In this document: piece after piece, positions 18,856 through 27,623 of the stretch | How positions within the stretch are numbered: the first letter of the stretch is position 1 | Layout of the letters: every line of letters begins with the position of its first letter | Source of the DNA: Neisseria sp. | GTDB lineage: Bacteria; Pseudomonadota; Gammaproteobacteria; Burkholderiales; Neisseriaceae | Direction of reading: 5' to 3' | Length of the DNA: 64,000 nt | Assembly (NCBI RefSeq): GCF_030527965.1 | Contig: NZ_JAUMZU010000001.1 | Location: 86,141 to 150,140, forward strand | Notes under the pieces: generated by a model | Seen by the model: only the letters and a program-made list of their open reading frames with translations | What the model was told of the DNA's origin: nothing | The model's database searches: none | Made by a program: the position numbers and the translations under genes

Positions 18856-20204
18856 TGTCCCAGCTAAATAGACAACAATACGCAGATCTTTCAGAAGATT
18901 CTTATGAAAAAAGAAATGCTGATGAACATAAAAAAATTCTTATTGGCAAGCATTATTATAAAGTTCTTGCTACTTGGGGTAATCCTAAGACAGATTATCA
19001 GGGTGCTGTTTATCAAGATGTCGAAACCAATACTATTGTCGCAGCACATAGAGGAACGGAATCGCTTAAAGATGGAATAATTGACCTGAAAATGGTGTTT
19101 CAACAGGTTAACAGTCAGTTGGAAGATGCAACCACACTAACACTGATGGCTTTAAGAAAAGCAGAGGAGTTTCATAAAAAGCGTCCTGATATGCCCAAAC
19201 CCAAAGTAGAGCAAACCGGTCATTCACTAGGCGGTTCTCATACCGAAATACAGGTTCATCTTTTTGAAGAAAAAGGGATTTTGATGGAAGGGGTAACCTT
19301 TAACGGTTACGGAGCGGCAGGCCTTCACGGCGTTCCCGAAAAAGACAATGGTCGATTAACGGCTTATGTGAAGGCTTCCGATGTAGTATCCGCTGCAAAC
19401 CCCCATTACGGCAGAGTGGTGGTGTTGGCTACAGAGAAAGACCTCGCTCCGTTGAAAGCATACGGCTATAACAATGAGCGCGATACTCCGACACCTACGG
19501 CAATCAGCGCCAGCTTGACCAATACATTGCCAGCCCACGGGATAAAAAATTTTACCGGCTCCGATTCAATCCTATCCCGACTCAACTACCGTCATGCCCG
19601 CTCACTGGCGGACGATAATGAAAAGATGATTCAAGATTTTCGCAGTGATATAAAAGCCCTCAAAAACGGCCTCTCTCATGGCGTTAATGAAGCCAATAAA
19701 GCTTACGACATCATGCGCTCTATCCCCACTTCTTCTGAAATATTTATGCGGGAAATCCAGAAAAGCGTTATTCCGCCATTGATGGAAAATAACACCCAAA
19801 CCGCCCCTGCATTGGGCCTCGCCGATATGCCTGAAAAGGCACGGCAACTTTGCGAAGAGTGTAAGACGCATCTAGTTGATTTTCATAAAGGAAAAAACAT
19901 TGCTGTCAGTGAAGACAAGCTGGATAGAATGGCGGCTGCGGCCGGTGTGCAGGCTTATCGGGAAGGCTTTCCGGGTATTCAGGCGCTTGCCATTCATGAT
20001 GGCGAAGTCAGATTCGGATACCGCTATCCTCACGAGCAGGCACTTTACGGTTTGGTAAACGCCACCCAAGCAGCCGCGACACCGGTTGAAGAAAGCGTGG
20101 TTCAATCAAGGCAGGCAGAGCAGGAATTGGCACAGAAGGCGCAACAACGTGAAATGGCAATGGCCGAATACCATTCGCAATCGCGCGGGAGAAGTATTTC
20201 TTAG
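18855..20204 (+). CDS. Class-3 lipase (alpha/beta hydrolase, GHSLGG nucleophile elbow) without signal peptide; candidate secreted phospholipase effector (Tle/X-Tfe-like)
   Basis: AAHRGTE ... (58 aa) ... GHSLGGS matches lipase_3 RGT/GHSLGG spacing; no Sec/Tat signal; Q/A-rich C-terminal tail. Confidence 0.7.
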   Translation: MSQLNRQQYADLSEDSYEKRNADEHKKILIGKHYYKVLATWGNPKTDYQGAVYQDVETNTIVAAHRGTESLKDGIIDLKMVFQQVNSQLEDATTLTLMALRKAEEFHKKRPDMPKPKVEQTGHSLGGSHTEIQVHLFEEKGILMEGVTFNGYGAAGLHGVPEKDNGRLTAYVKASDVVSAANPHYGRVVVLATEKDLAPLKAYGYNNERDTPTPTAISASLTNTLPAHGIKNFTGSDSILSRLNYRHARSLADDNEKMIQDFRSDIKALKNGLSHGVNEANKAYDIMRSIPTSSEIFMREIQKSVIPPLMENNTQTAPALGLADMPEKARQLCEECKTHLVDFHKGKNIAVSEDKLDRMAAAAGVQAYREGFPGIQALAIHDGEVRFGYRYPHEQALYGLVNATQAAATPVEESVVQSRQAEQELAQKAQQREMAMAEYHSQSRGRSIS

Positions 20205-20235
20205 ATCGGTTATCGGTTGGAAACATTATTAATGA

Positions 20236-20261
20236 TGCCTGTCTGAAAATATTCAGGCAGG
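20236..20261. terminator. DUS (variant) inverted pair hairpin after lipase gene
   Basis: gcctgtctgaa aata ttcaggcaggc (second half is gcctgcctgaa variant). Confidence 0.55.
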
Positions 20262-20299
20262 CTATTATCTAGTCTTAATTTATCAAACAATAAAATATT

Positions 20300-22003
20300 A
20301 TGAGCACCCGTAATCAATTTATTATGACCATAATCATGCTGCTGGCAGCTGTTGTTGCCGGCTGCTATCTTTCGGGCTTTATTTTGCTGCAATGGCTGGG
20401 ATTGAACAACACACCGTTAGGGTTAACCACTTATTTCCAATATTTCAGCAAGCTGCATCTCCCGCGGGTTGCCGCTTATGCTTTACAAATTAAAACGTCA
20501 GGTGCCGTCGGCTTTGGTTTGCCTTTGCTGCTCTGGCTGATTCTGCTGATTCCGTTGTGGAAAAACCGGGCACCCAGCTTGCACGGCGAGGCGCGTTTTT
20601 CCAATCTTGTCGATTTGACTAAGGCAGGCTTTTTGAAACAAAGCGACACCAGCCTTGTGGTAGGCAAGCAAAACGGCAAATTGCTGTATTACAACGGCCA
20701 GCAGTTTGCTCTTCTGGCAGCACCGACCCGTTCGGGGAAGGGCGTGGGGATTGTGGTGCCTAATTTATTGCATTATCAAGGTTCGGTTGTTGTGTTGGAT
20801 ATTAAACAGGAAAACTTCAATCTGACCAGCGGCTACCGCAAAGAAGTGTTGAGGCAGGAAGTTTACCTGTTTAATCCGTTTGCCGAAGACGGGCGCACCC
20901 ATCGCTGGAACCCGTTTACCTATGTTTCAAAGGATAAAAACCAGCGCATATCGGATTTGATGTCGATTGCGGCGATGCTGTATCCGGACGGAGACAGTAA
21001 AGACAAGTTTTGGGTGGCTCAGGCAAGAAATGCGTTTTTGGCTTTTTCGCTTTATTTGTTTGAAGAGTATGAGCACAGGAAAGGCTTCATTCCTGAGCTA
21101 AATCAATCGACTAATGGTACGGCTCCTTGCACCTTAGGCAAGCTTTACCGGCTTTCATCCGGCAATGGCGAAGAATTGAAAAATTACTTCCAAGAGCTGG
21201 CTCAAGCAGAATTTCTAAGCGAAGCCTGTAAAACTGCTTTTTCGGGGCTGGTTTCTCAAGAGAAAGAAACTTTCGGCTCTATCATGGGTACATTCAAAGA
21301 GCCGTTGAATCCTTGGCTTAACCCTCTGGTTGATGCAGCCACTTCGGCAGACGATTTTTTCTTGACCGATGTCCGCAAAAAGAAAATGACCGTCTACATC
21401 GGTATTTTGCCGAACAAACTGGCTGAATCAAGGGTAATCGTTAACTTGTTTTTCTCCCAGCTGATTAACCAAAACACCAAACAACTTCCGCAAGACAATC
21501 CTGCTCTGAAGCACCAATGTCTGTTGCTGATGGACGAATTTACCAGCATCGGTAGGGTGGACATCATTGCCCATGCCGTGAGCTATATGGCAGGCTATAA
21601 CATCCGATTATTTCCGATTATTCAATCGGTTGCGCAACTGGATGCGGTTTACGGCAAAGAATATGCCCGCACCATCATTACCAACCACGCCTTGCAGATA
21701 CTGTATACCCCGCGAGAGCAGCAGGATGCGAACGAATACTCAGAAATGCTGGGCTATACGACGGTTCGGAAACAGAACGTGAGCAAAGGGCGGGAGCGCA
21801 GCGTATCGGAGAGTGAAGAGAGAAGAGCGCTGATGCTGCCGCAGGAATTGAAGGCAATGAGCCAAGATAACGAGATTATGATTTACGAGGGGATGGCATA
21901 CCCTGCTAAGGTTGGTAAGATTCGTTATTACAATGATAAAACGTTTACTTCGAGGTTGAGGAAAGCGGTGATGGTAAAATCGTTGGCGGTGAGTAAAGAA
22001 TAA
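20300..22003 (+). CDS. virD4: Type IV secretion coupling protein, VirD4/TraG family
   Basis: 567 aa; two N-terminal TM helices; P-loop LLAAPTRSGKGVGIVVPNLL; Walker B CLLLMDEFTSIG; IIQSVAQLDAVYG motif; all characteristic of T4CPs. Confidence 0.85.
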   Translation: MSTRNQFIMTIIMLLAAVVAGCYLSGFILLQWLGLNNTPLGLTTYFQYFSKLHLPRVAAYALQIKTSGAVGFGLPLLLWLILLIPLWKNRAPSLHGEARFSNLVDLTKAGFLKQSDTSLVVGKQNGKLLYYNGQQFALLAAPTRSGKGVGIVVPNLLHYQGSVVVLDIKQENFNLTSGYRKEVLRQEVYLFNPFAEDGRTHRWNPFTYVSKDKNQRISDLMSIAAMLYPDGDSKDKFWVAQARNAFLAFSLYLFEEYEHRKGFIPELNQSTNGTAPCTLGKLYRLSSGNGEELKNYFQELAQAEFLSEACKTAFSGLVSQEKETFGSIMGTFKEPLNPWLNPLVDAATSADDFFLTDVRKKKMTVYIGILPNKLAESRVIVNLFFSQLINQNTKQLPQDNPALKHQCLLLMDEFTSIGRVDIIAHAVSYMAGYNIRLFPIIQSVAQLDAVYGKEYARTIITNHALQILYTPREQQDANEYSEMLGYTTVRKQNVSKGRERSVSESEERRALMLPQELKAMSQDNEIMIYEGMAYPAKVGKIRYYNDKTFTSRLRKAVMVKSLAVSKE

Positions 22004-22077
22004 TTGAGCACAATAATAGAAAATTGCCACATGATCCGTCAAACCGATTTTTGTTAATTGAATAACGCTGTAAAAAA

Positions 22078-22103
22078 GCCTGCCTGAAAATATTCAGGCA
22101 GGC
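22078..22103. terminator. Variant-DUS (gcctgcctgaa) perfect inverted pair hairpin between virD4-like gene and purM (convergent)
   Basis: gcctgcctgaa aata ttcaggcaggc + T-run. Confidence 0.6.
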
Positions 22104-22123
22104 TTTCTTATTATTAAAAATGA

Positions 22124-23161
22124 TTACGCTATTTGCGTTTGATGCTCGTCGCCGATGCGCTCGCGGATTGTGCCCAAGCGGTAAACCGTTTCGCCTTGTC
22201 CTGCTAAAAATGCTTGCAAGGCGTCGGCTTCTTCTGCTGATGCAATCAGCACCATGCCGATGCCGCAGTTGAAGGTGCGGTACATTTCTTGCGGCGCTAC
22301 GTTGCCGGCTTCTTGCAGCCAACGGAACAATTTGGGCAATGCCCATGCGCCGGCGTCGATTTGTGCAACGGTGTTTTGCGGTAAAACACGCGGTACGTTT
22401 TCGGTGATGCCGCCGCCGGTGATGTGTGCCATGCCTTTGATGGTAAATTGTTTCAACGCGGCCAGAATGGGTTTCACATAAAGGCGTGTGGGGGCGATGA
22501 CGGCTTGGCGCAGAGTTTTGTTGCCGTCAAACGGGGCGTCTAAATCGGGGTTGTCACGCTCGAGAATTTTGCGTATCAGAGAATAGCCGTTGGAGTGGGC
22601 GCCGTTGGAAGCCAAGCCGAGCACGATATCGCCGGCGGCGATGCTGCGGCCGTTGATGACTTTGTCTTTTTCCACCACGCCTACGGCGAAGCCTGCCAAA
22701 TCATATTCGCCTTCGGGATACATGCCGGGCATTTCGGCGGTTTCACCGCCGATTAGGGCGCAAGCGGAAGCTTCGCAACCTTGCGCGATGCCTTTGATTA
22801 CATCGGTGGCACGCGCTACATCGAGCTTGCCGCAGGCAAAATAATCCAAGAAAAATAACGGCTCTGCGCCTTGTACCAGGATGTCGTTCACACTCATGGC
22901 AACGAGGTCGATGCCGACGGTGTCGTGCAAGTCCCAATCAAAGGCCAGTTTTAATTTGGTGCCAACGCCGTCGGTGCCGCTGACCAGCACGGGATTTTGG
23001 TATTTTTTGCTGATTTCCACCAAGGCGCCGAAGCCGCCTAAGTCGCCCAGCACTTCGGGGCGCATGGTGCGTTTGGCAAACGGTTTGATGTTTTCGACCA
23101 ATTGGTCGCCGGCATCGATATCGACTCCGGCATCGCGGTAGCTCAGGGATGGGTTGCTCAT
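22124..23161 (-). CDS. purM: Phosphoribosylformylglycinamidine cyclo-ligase PurM
   Basis: 345 aa; canonical AIR synthase sequence ([19 protein letters not shown]-like) throughout. Confidence 0.95.
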   Translation of the reverse strand: MSNPSLSYRDAGVDIDAGDQLVENIKPFAKRTMRPEVLGDLGGFGALVEISKKYQNPVLVSGTDGVGTKLKLAFDWDLHDTVGIDLVAMSVNDILVQGAEPLFFLDYFACGKLDVARATDVIKGIAQGCEASACALIGGETAEMPGMYPEGEYDLAGFAVGVVEKDKVINGRSIAAGDIVLGLASNGAHSNGYSLIRKILERDNPDLDAPFDGNKTLRQAVIAPTRLYVKPILAALKQFTIKGMAHITGGGITENVPRVLPQNTVAQIDAGAWALPKLFRWLQEAGNVAPQEMYRTFNCGIGMVLIASAEEADALQAFLAGQGETVYRLGTIRERIGDEHQTQIA

Positions 23162-23228
23162 GGTAGCTTTCTCGGATAGACAAAAAACGCAGCTATTTTA
23201 CCTGATTTTAGATAGGGCTTGGTTATTA

Positions 23229-24110
23229 TCATCGCGCGGCAGTCAAACGGTTGCGCAACCAGCGTGCGGCAGGGGCGATTTCGCCGGCAAGCATGCCGCT
23301 TTCGCCGATTTGCGAATTGCGTAAAACATCGGCCGCGGCGCCGTGCAGCCAAACACCGCCGCACACGGCTTGATAAGGCGGTATGCCTTGCGCAAGCAGC
23401 GAGCCGATGATGCCGCTTAATACATCGCCGCTGCCTGCGGTGGCAAGCCCGGCATTGCCGCTGGTATTGGTGTGCAAGGGGGCGCCGGGTTGGGCAATCA
23501 GGCTGCGATGGCCTTTTAAAACCACAATGGCGTTGAAGTTTTCAGACAGGCTTTGGGCGGCCGAACGGCGATCGGCCTGCACGGAAGCGGTGTCGGTGTG
23601 CAGTAGGCGGGCGGCTTCGGCGGGGTGAGGCGTGAGCACCAGCCGGCCGTGTCGGCGACAGGCGTCGGCAAGGGTTTGATCGCGTGCAACCAGATTCAGT
23701 GCGTCGGCATCCAGCAGTAGCGGTTTATCGGCGGGCTGGTTAAGCTGCCGGTGCAGCAGCTCGGCTGCGGTGTTGTCAGTGCCCATGCCGCAGCCGAGTA
23801 CCCATGCGCTGATGTCGCTGCGCTGTTGCAATACGTTAGCGGTGGCGAGCATGATTTCAGGGCGTTCGGGAATCAGCGGCAGGGGTAGGTTCGGCTGGTT
23901 GAAGCCTGCCCATACTTTGCCGCAACCGTTGTAAATCGCGGCGGTGGCGGCCAATACCAGTGCGCCGCTCATGCCTGCCGCACCACCGATAATGCCCAGC
24001 GTGCCGTAGCTACCTTTGTGGCTGTCGGCCTTGCGCGGTTGGAACAGTAAAGGGAAGTGCTGTATGGCATCGGCAAAACGGGATAGGTCGGTTTGATACA
24101 ATGCGAACAT
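23229..24110 (-). CDS. nnrD: ADP-dependent (S)-NAD(P)H-hydrate dehydratase (Nnr, YjeF C-terminal domain family)
   Basis: HKGSYGTLGIIGGAAGMSGA signature; ATG 24110 with RBS aggag (track start 24137 is TTG). Confidence 0.8.
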   Translation of the reverse strand: MFALYQTDLSRFADAIQHFPLLFQPRKADSHKGSYGTLGIIGGAAGMSGALVLAATAAIYNGCGKVWAGFNQPNLPLPLIPERPEIMLATANVLQQRSDISAWVLGCGMGTDNTAAELLHRQLNQPADKPLLLDADALNLVARDQTLADACRRHGRLVLTPHPAEAARLLHTDTASVQADRRSAAQSLSENFNAIVVLKGHRSLIAQPGAPLHTNTSGNAGLATAGSGDVLSGIIGSLLAQGIPPYQAVCGGVWLHGAAADVLRNSQIGESGMLAGEIAPAARWLRNRLTAAR

Positions 24111-24213
24111 GGCGGCTCCTATGGAAAATCGGTACAATAAATAAACGTATCGCTATACTTTATTCAGACAGGCATCAATGCCTGCGGACACAAACCAAAA
24201 CGGATATTTTATT

Positions 24214-24867
24214 ATGAAACAGAGATTAAAAGTATGGGATTTGCCAACGCGCCTGTTTCACTGGACGCTAGTGGCAGGCGTGGCGTTTATGTGGTACAGC
24301 GCGAATCAGGGCGGCGATTGGATGGCTTGGCATTTGCGTTGCGGATTGCTGATGCTCGGAATGATGGTGTTCCGCTTGTGTTGGGGAGCGTGGGGCAGCG
24401 ATACCGCTCGGTTTGCCCGTTTTTTCAAACCTTCGCAAATCGGCCGTTATCTGAAAGGAGAGCTTACCGAGAATGAGCAGCCCGGCCACAATCCATTGGG
24501 CGCGCTGATGGTGGTGGCGCTGATTGGTGCCGTATTGTTTCAGGTGGTAACGGGGCTGCTGGCCAGCGATGAAAATACGTTTATGTATAACGGCTATTTG
24601 AACGGATTGGCGGAAGGTGCGGGCGGAAAATTTCGTGAAATCCATGTGGTCTTTTTTAACTTGCTGGCCGGCTTGGCTGCTTTGCATGTGGTAACGGTGC
24701 TGTTGTATCGGTTTGTTAAAAAACACGATTTAATCAGGCCGATGATTACCGGATATAAAGAATTGGAAGGTAAATTGCCGGATTTGTGGTTTGCGGGCGC
24801 CGGCCGGCTGGTTGCCGCTTTGGCGGTTGCGATTGCGGCGATTGCAGCGGTATTGGGTGTTAAATAA
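24214..24867 (+). CDS. Cytochrome b561 family protein (CybB/YceJ-like)
   Basis: MKQRLKVWDLPTRLFHWTLV... four TM helices with conserved His; start at ATG 24214 by homolog N-terminus. Confidence 0.8.
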   Translation: MKQRLKVWDLPTRLFHWTLVAGVAFMWYSANQGGDWMAWHLRCGLLMLGMMVFRLCWGAWGSDTARFARFFKPSQIGRYLKGELTENEQPGHNPLGALMVVALIGAVLFQVVTGLLASDENTFMYNGYLNGLAEGAGGKFREIHVVFFNLLAGLAALHVVTVLLYRFVKKHDLIRPMITGYKELEGKLPDLWFAGAGRLVAALAVAIAAIAAVLGVK

Positions 24868-24945
24868 TAATCCGATAATATGGATTTGATAAAAGCCTGT
24901 CTGAAAAAATTCAGGCAGGCTTTTATCATTGTGCTGCGTTCCGCA

Positions 24946-26031
24946 TCATGCTTGTGTTTCAAAGCCGGTTACTTCCAAACCGAAACCGGTCAGGCCGTTC
25001 ATTGATGATGGTTTTCCCATCACGCGCATTTTTTTAACATTCAGCCCGGCCAGAATTTGCGCGCCGATACCGTAGGTTTTCCTATCCCATTTTTTCACTT
25101 GGAAGGTGTTTTTCGGCATGGTGCGGTCTAACAGTGCATCGCCGTCTTCGGTTCGGTGCAGCAAGATGATAACGCCGTTACCGGCTTTCTGGATGTGCTC
25201 CAGCGCGGCAGGAAGCGACCATGAATGGTTGGGGTCTGCTTGCAGAAAGTCGATGGCGCTGAAAGGTTCGTGTACCCGAACAAGGGTTTCGCTATCGGGC
25301 GACAGCTTGCCTTTAACCAAGGCCAGATGGGTTTCTCCCGAGAGCTTGTCAACATAAACGTGCTGTTGAAACTCGCCCCAAGGTGTTTGCACCGTAGTGT
25401 CGCCCATTTCTTCGAGCAGGCTTTCGGTGCGGCTGCGGTATTCGATGAGATCGGCGATGGTGCCGATTTTGAGCTGGTGCGTTTCGGCAAATTTCATTAA
25501 TTCGGGCATGCGCGCCATGGTGCCGTCGTCGTTGAGGATTTCGCAAATTACGCCGGCAGGCGAAAGGCCGCTCATTTCAGCCAAGTCTACGGCGGCTTCG
25601 GTATGGCCCGCACGTACCAATACGCCGCCTTTTTGCGAGCGGAGCGGGAAGATATGGCCGGGTTGCACGATATCTTCGGGTTTTACGTTGGGCGAAACGG
25701 CGGTTTGGATGGTCAGCGCACGGTCGGCGGCAGATATGCCGGTGGAAATGCCGTGTGCGGCTTCGATGGAAACGGTAAAGTTGGTGCCGTATTGGGCGCC
25801 GTTTTTCTGCGTCATCTGCGGCAGGTTCAGGCGGTCGACCATGTTGTCGTTCATGGGCAGGCAAACCAGACCGCGTGCGTGCTTAATCATGAAATTAATG
25901 GCTTGCGGGGTGATGAATTGAGCGGCCATTACGAGGTCGCCTTCGTTTTCGCGGTCTTCGGCATCGGTGATGATGACCATTTTGCCGGCTTTGATGTCGG
26001 CGAGAATTTCGGGAATGGGTGTAATGTTCAT
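24946..26031 (-). CDS. ribBA: Bifunctional 3,4-dihydroxy-2-butanone-4-phosphate synthase / GTP cyclohydrolase II RibBA
   Basis: 361 aa; DAEDRENEGDL (DHBP synthase) and GTP cyclohydrolase II C-terminal half. Confidence 0.9.
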   Translation of the reverse strand: MNITPIPEILADIKAGKMVIITDAEDRENEGDLVMAAQFITPQAINFMIKHARGLVCLPMNDNMVDRLNLPQMTQKNGAQYGTNFTVSIEAAHGISTGISAADRALTIQTAVSPNVKPEDIVQPGHIFPLRSQKGGVLVRAGHTEAAVDLAEMSGLSPAGVICEILNDDGTMARMPELMKFAETHQLKIGTIADLIEYRSRTESLLEEMGDTTVQTPWGEFQQHVYVDKLSGETHLALVKGKLSPDSETLVRVHEPFSAIDFLQADPNHSWSLPAALEHIQKAGNGVIILLHRTEDGDALLDRTMPKNTFQVKKWDRKTYGIGAQILAGLNVKKMRVMGKPSSMNGLTGFGLEVTGFETQA

Positions 26032-26251
26032 GATAAACCTTAAGTCAGTTCAGATTTTTGTAGTTTGGTCCAATTGTAATAGCCGTATAAGGAATTGAAT
26101 AGATAAGCCGTATACATCAGATATATGCAGGAATGCAAAAAGCCAGATTAGTTCGACCGGTTTCCAACCGTCAAACAATTCGGCTTTGATTTGTCGGGTT
26201 ATGTTTTGTAGTCCATCAATCTATTTCTCTCATTGTTTTGCGTTTTTTATT

Positions 26252-26866
26252 TTAATGTTTATTGGCCTGCATGATGCGCTCGACCGTATCGACGATGGCT
26301 TGTGTTTGCGGGTCGATTTCGATATTGACGCTGTCGCCCGCTTGTTTGACGCCGAAAAGGGTGAGTCGCAAGGTTTCGGGAATTAGATGCACATTGAATT
26401 CTTGTGCGTTGACTTCGCCTATGGTCAGGCTGCAACCGTCTAGCCCGGCAAAGCCTTTGGGCAATATATAGGGGCGCAGTTCGGCGGGCAGGGCAAACCA
26501 GACGGTTTTATTTAGGCCGCTCGATTCGATGCGCGTGATGCGGGTAACGGCACTGATATGGCCGCTCATCAGATGGCCGCCGATTTCATCGCCGATGCGG
26601 GCTGCTCGCTCCAAATTAACGCGGCTGCCGGTTTTTAGCTGGCCAAGATTGGTTTTTTTCAGAGTTTCGGCCATTAAATCGAATTGAACTTGGCGGCCGT
26701 TGATACGGGTAATGGTTAGGCAGCAGCCGTTGTTGGCAATCGAGGCACCGGTTTGCAGATTGTCTGCCATATGCTCGGGCAACTCGACCGTTAGGGTGCA
26801 AAAATCGGCAGAGGGATTTTCAATGGCGACAATGGTGCCGGTGCCTTGTACGATGCCTGTAAACAT
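26252..26866 (-). CDS. ribE: Riboflavin synthase (alpha subunit)
   Basis: MFTGIVQGTG... two lumazine-binding repeats; ATG 26866. Confidence 0.9.
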   Translation of the reverse strand: MFTGIVQGTGTIVAIENPSADFCTLTVELPEHMADNLQTGASIANNGCCLTITRINGRQVQFDLMAETLKKTNLGQLKTGSRVNLERAARIGDEIGGHLMSGHISAVTRITRIESSGLNKTVWFALPAELRPYILPKGFAGLDGCSLTIGEVNAQEFNVHLIPETLRLTLFGVKQAGDSVNIEIDPQTQAIVDTVERIMQANKH

Positions 26867-27041
26867 GGATGTGCTTTCGGTTGGAAACGGTGTGTATTGT
26901 AGCACTATTGTTTATACGGAGAATGCCTGTCTGAAAACGACGGCGGTTTTCAGACAGGCATTCGCAAGGCTGGTAATTTTCAACGGATGCTGCCGGGTTG
27001 GTTCTACTGTTTATCTGGCAACCGGCCGGATTGCTTTGGGA

Positions 27042-27536
27042 TTAGGCGCATGTATCGCAACCGTGTTGTTTGCTTTCCTGTAAACGTTGTTTTTTACGCT
27101 CTTCGGCTGCCATAAAGCGGCATCGCTGGATGTCGGTGCTGATACACAGAGGCGGCACGGGTACGGGCTTGCCGTTTTCAACGGCAACCATAGTGAAATA
27201 GCAGCTGTTGGTATGGCGGACGGTTTGTTCGCGGATGTTTTGCGCTTCCACCCGTATGCCCACTTCCATTGAGGTGCGGCCGACATGGTTGACGCAAGCG
27301 AGAAAGGTAACGAGCTCGCCGACGTAAATCGGTTCTTTAAAAGTAACTTTATCGACCGAAAGGGTTACGCAATAGTGGCCGCTATAACGGCTGGCGCAGG
27401 CGTAGGCAACTTGATCAAGCAGTTTGAGCAGGTCGCCACCGTGAACGTTGCCGCTGAAATTAGCCATATCGGGCGTCATCAGTACGGTCATTTGCAATTC
27501 GGGTTGCGGGGCTTGGGTTCGGGTTTCGGATGTCAT
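27042..27536 (-). CDS. yciA: Acyl-CoA thioesterase YciA (hotdog fold)
   Basis: N-terminal alignment with E. coli YciA (LRTLAMPADTNANGDIFGG vs MTVLMTPDMANFSGNVHGG). Confidence 0.8.
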   Translation of the reverse strand: MTSETRTQAPQPELQMTVLMTPDMANFSGNVHGGDLLKLLDQVAYACASRYSGHYCVTLSVDKVTFKEPIYVGELVTFLACVNHVGRTSMEVGIRVEAQNIREQTVRHTNSCYFTMVAVENGKPVPVPPLCISTDIQRCRFMAAEERKKQRLQESKQHGCDTCA

Positions 27537-27623
27537 GTGTGTGCTTCCTTTTCGGATATTAAGTTTTCAGACAGGCTTTAAGGGCGTGAAGAGCCGCTGC
27601 GGCAAAACTGAGGGTTTACGGTG

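Noticed and set aside
25106-26043. Cluster of overlapping ORFs antisense to or out of frame with ribBA (e.g. 25397..25921, 25603..26043) and similar clusters over purM (22590..23410) and cysJ (29376..30557)
   Set aside because: These are typical spurious ORFs in GC-rich coding DNA, each fully inside a confidently assigned gene.
26032-26251. Possible FMN riboswitch (RFN element) upstream of ribBA, between ribE and ribBA
   Set aside because: I read the minus-strand sequence for the conserved RFN blocks (GGGTGAAATTCC, CCGACAGT, AGTCCGGATG) and none is present.
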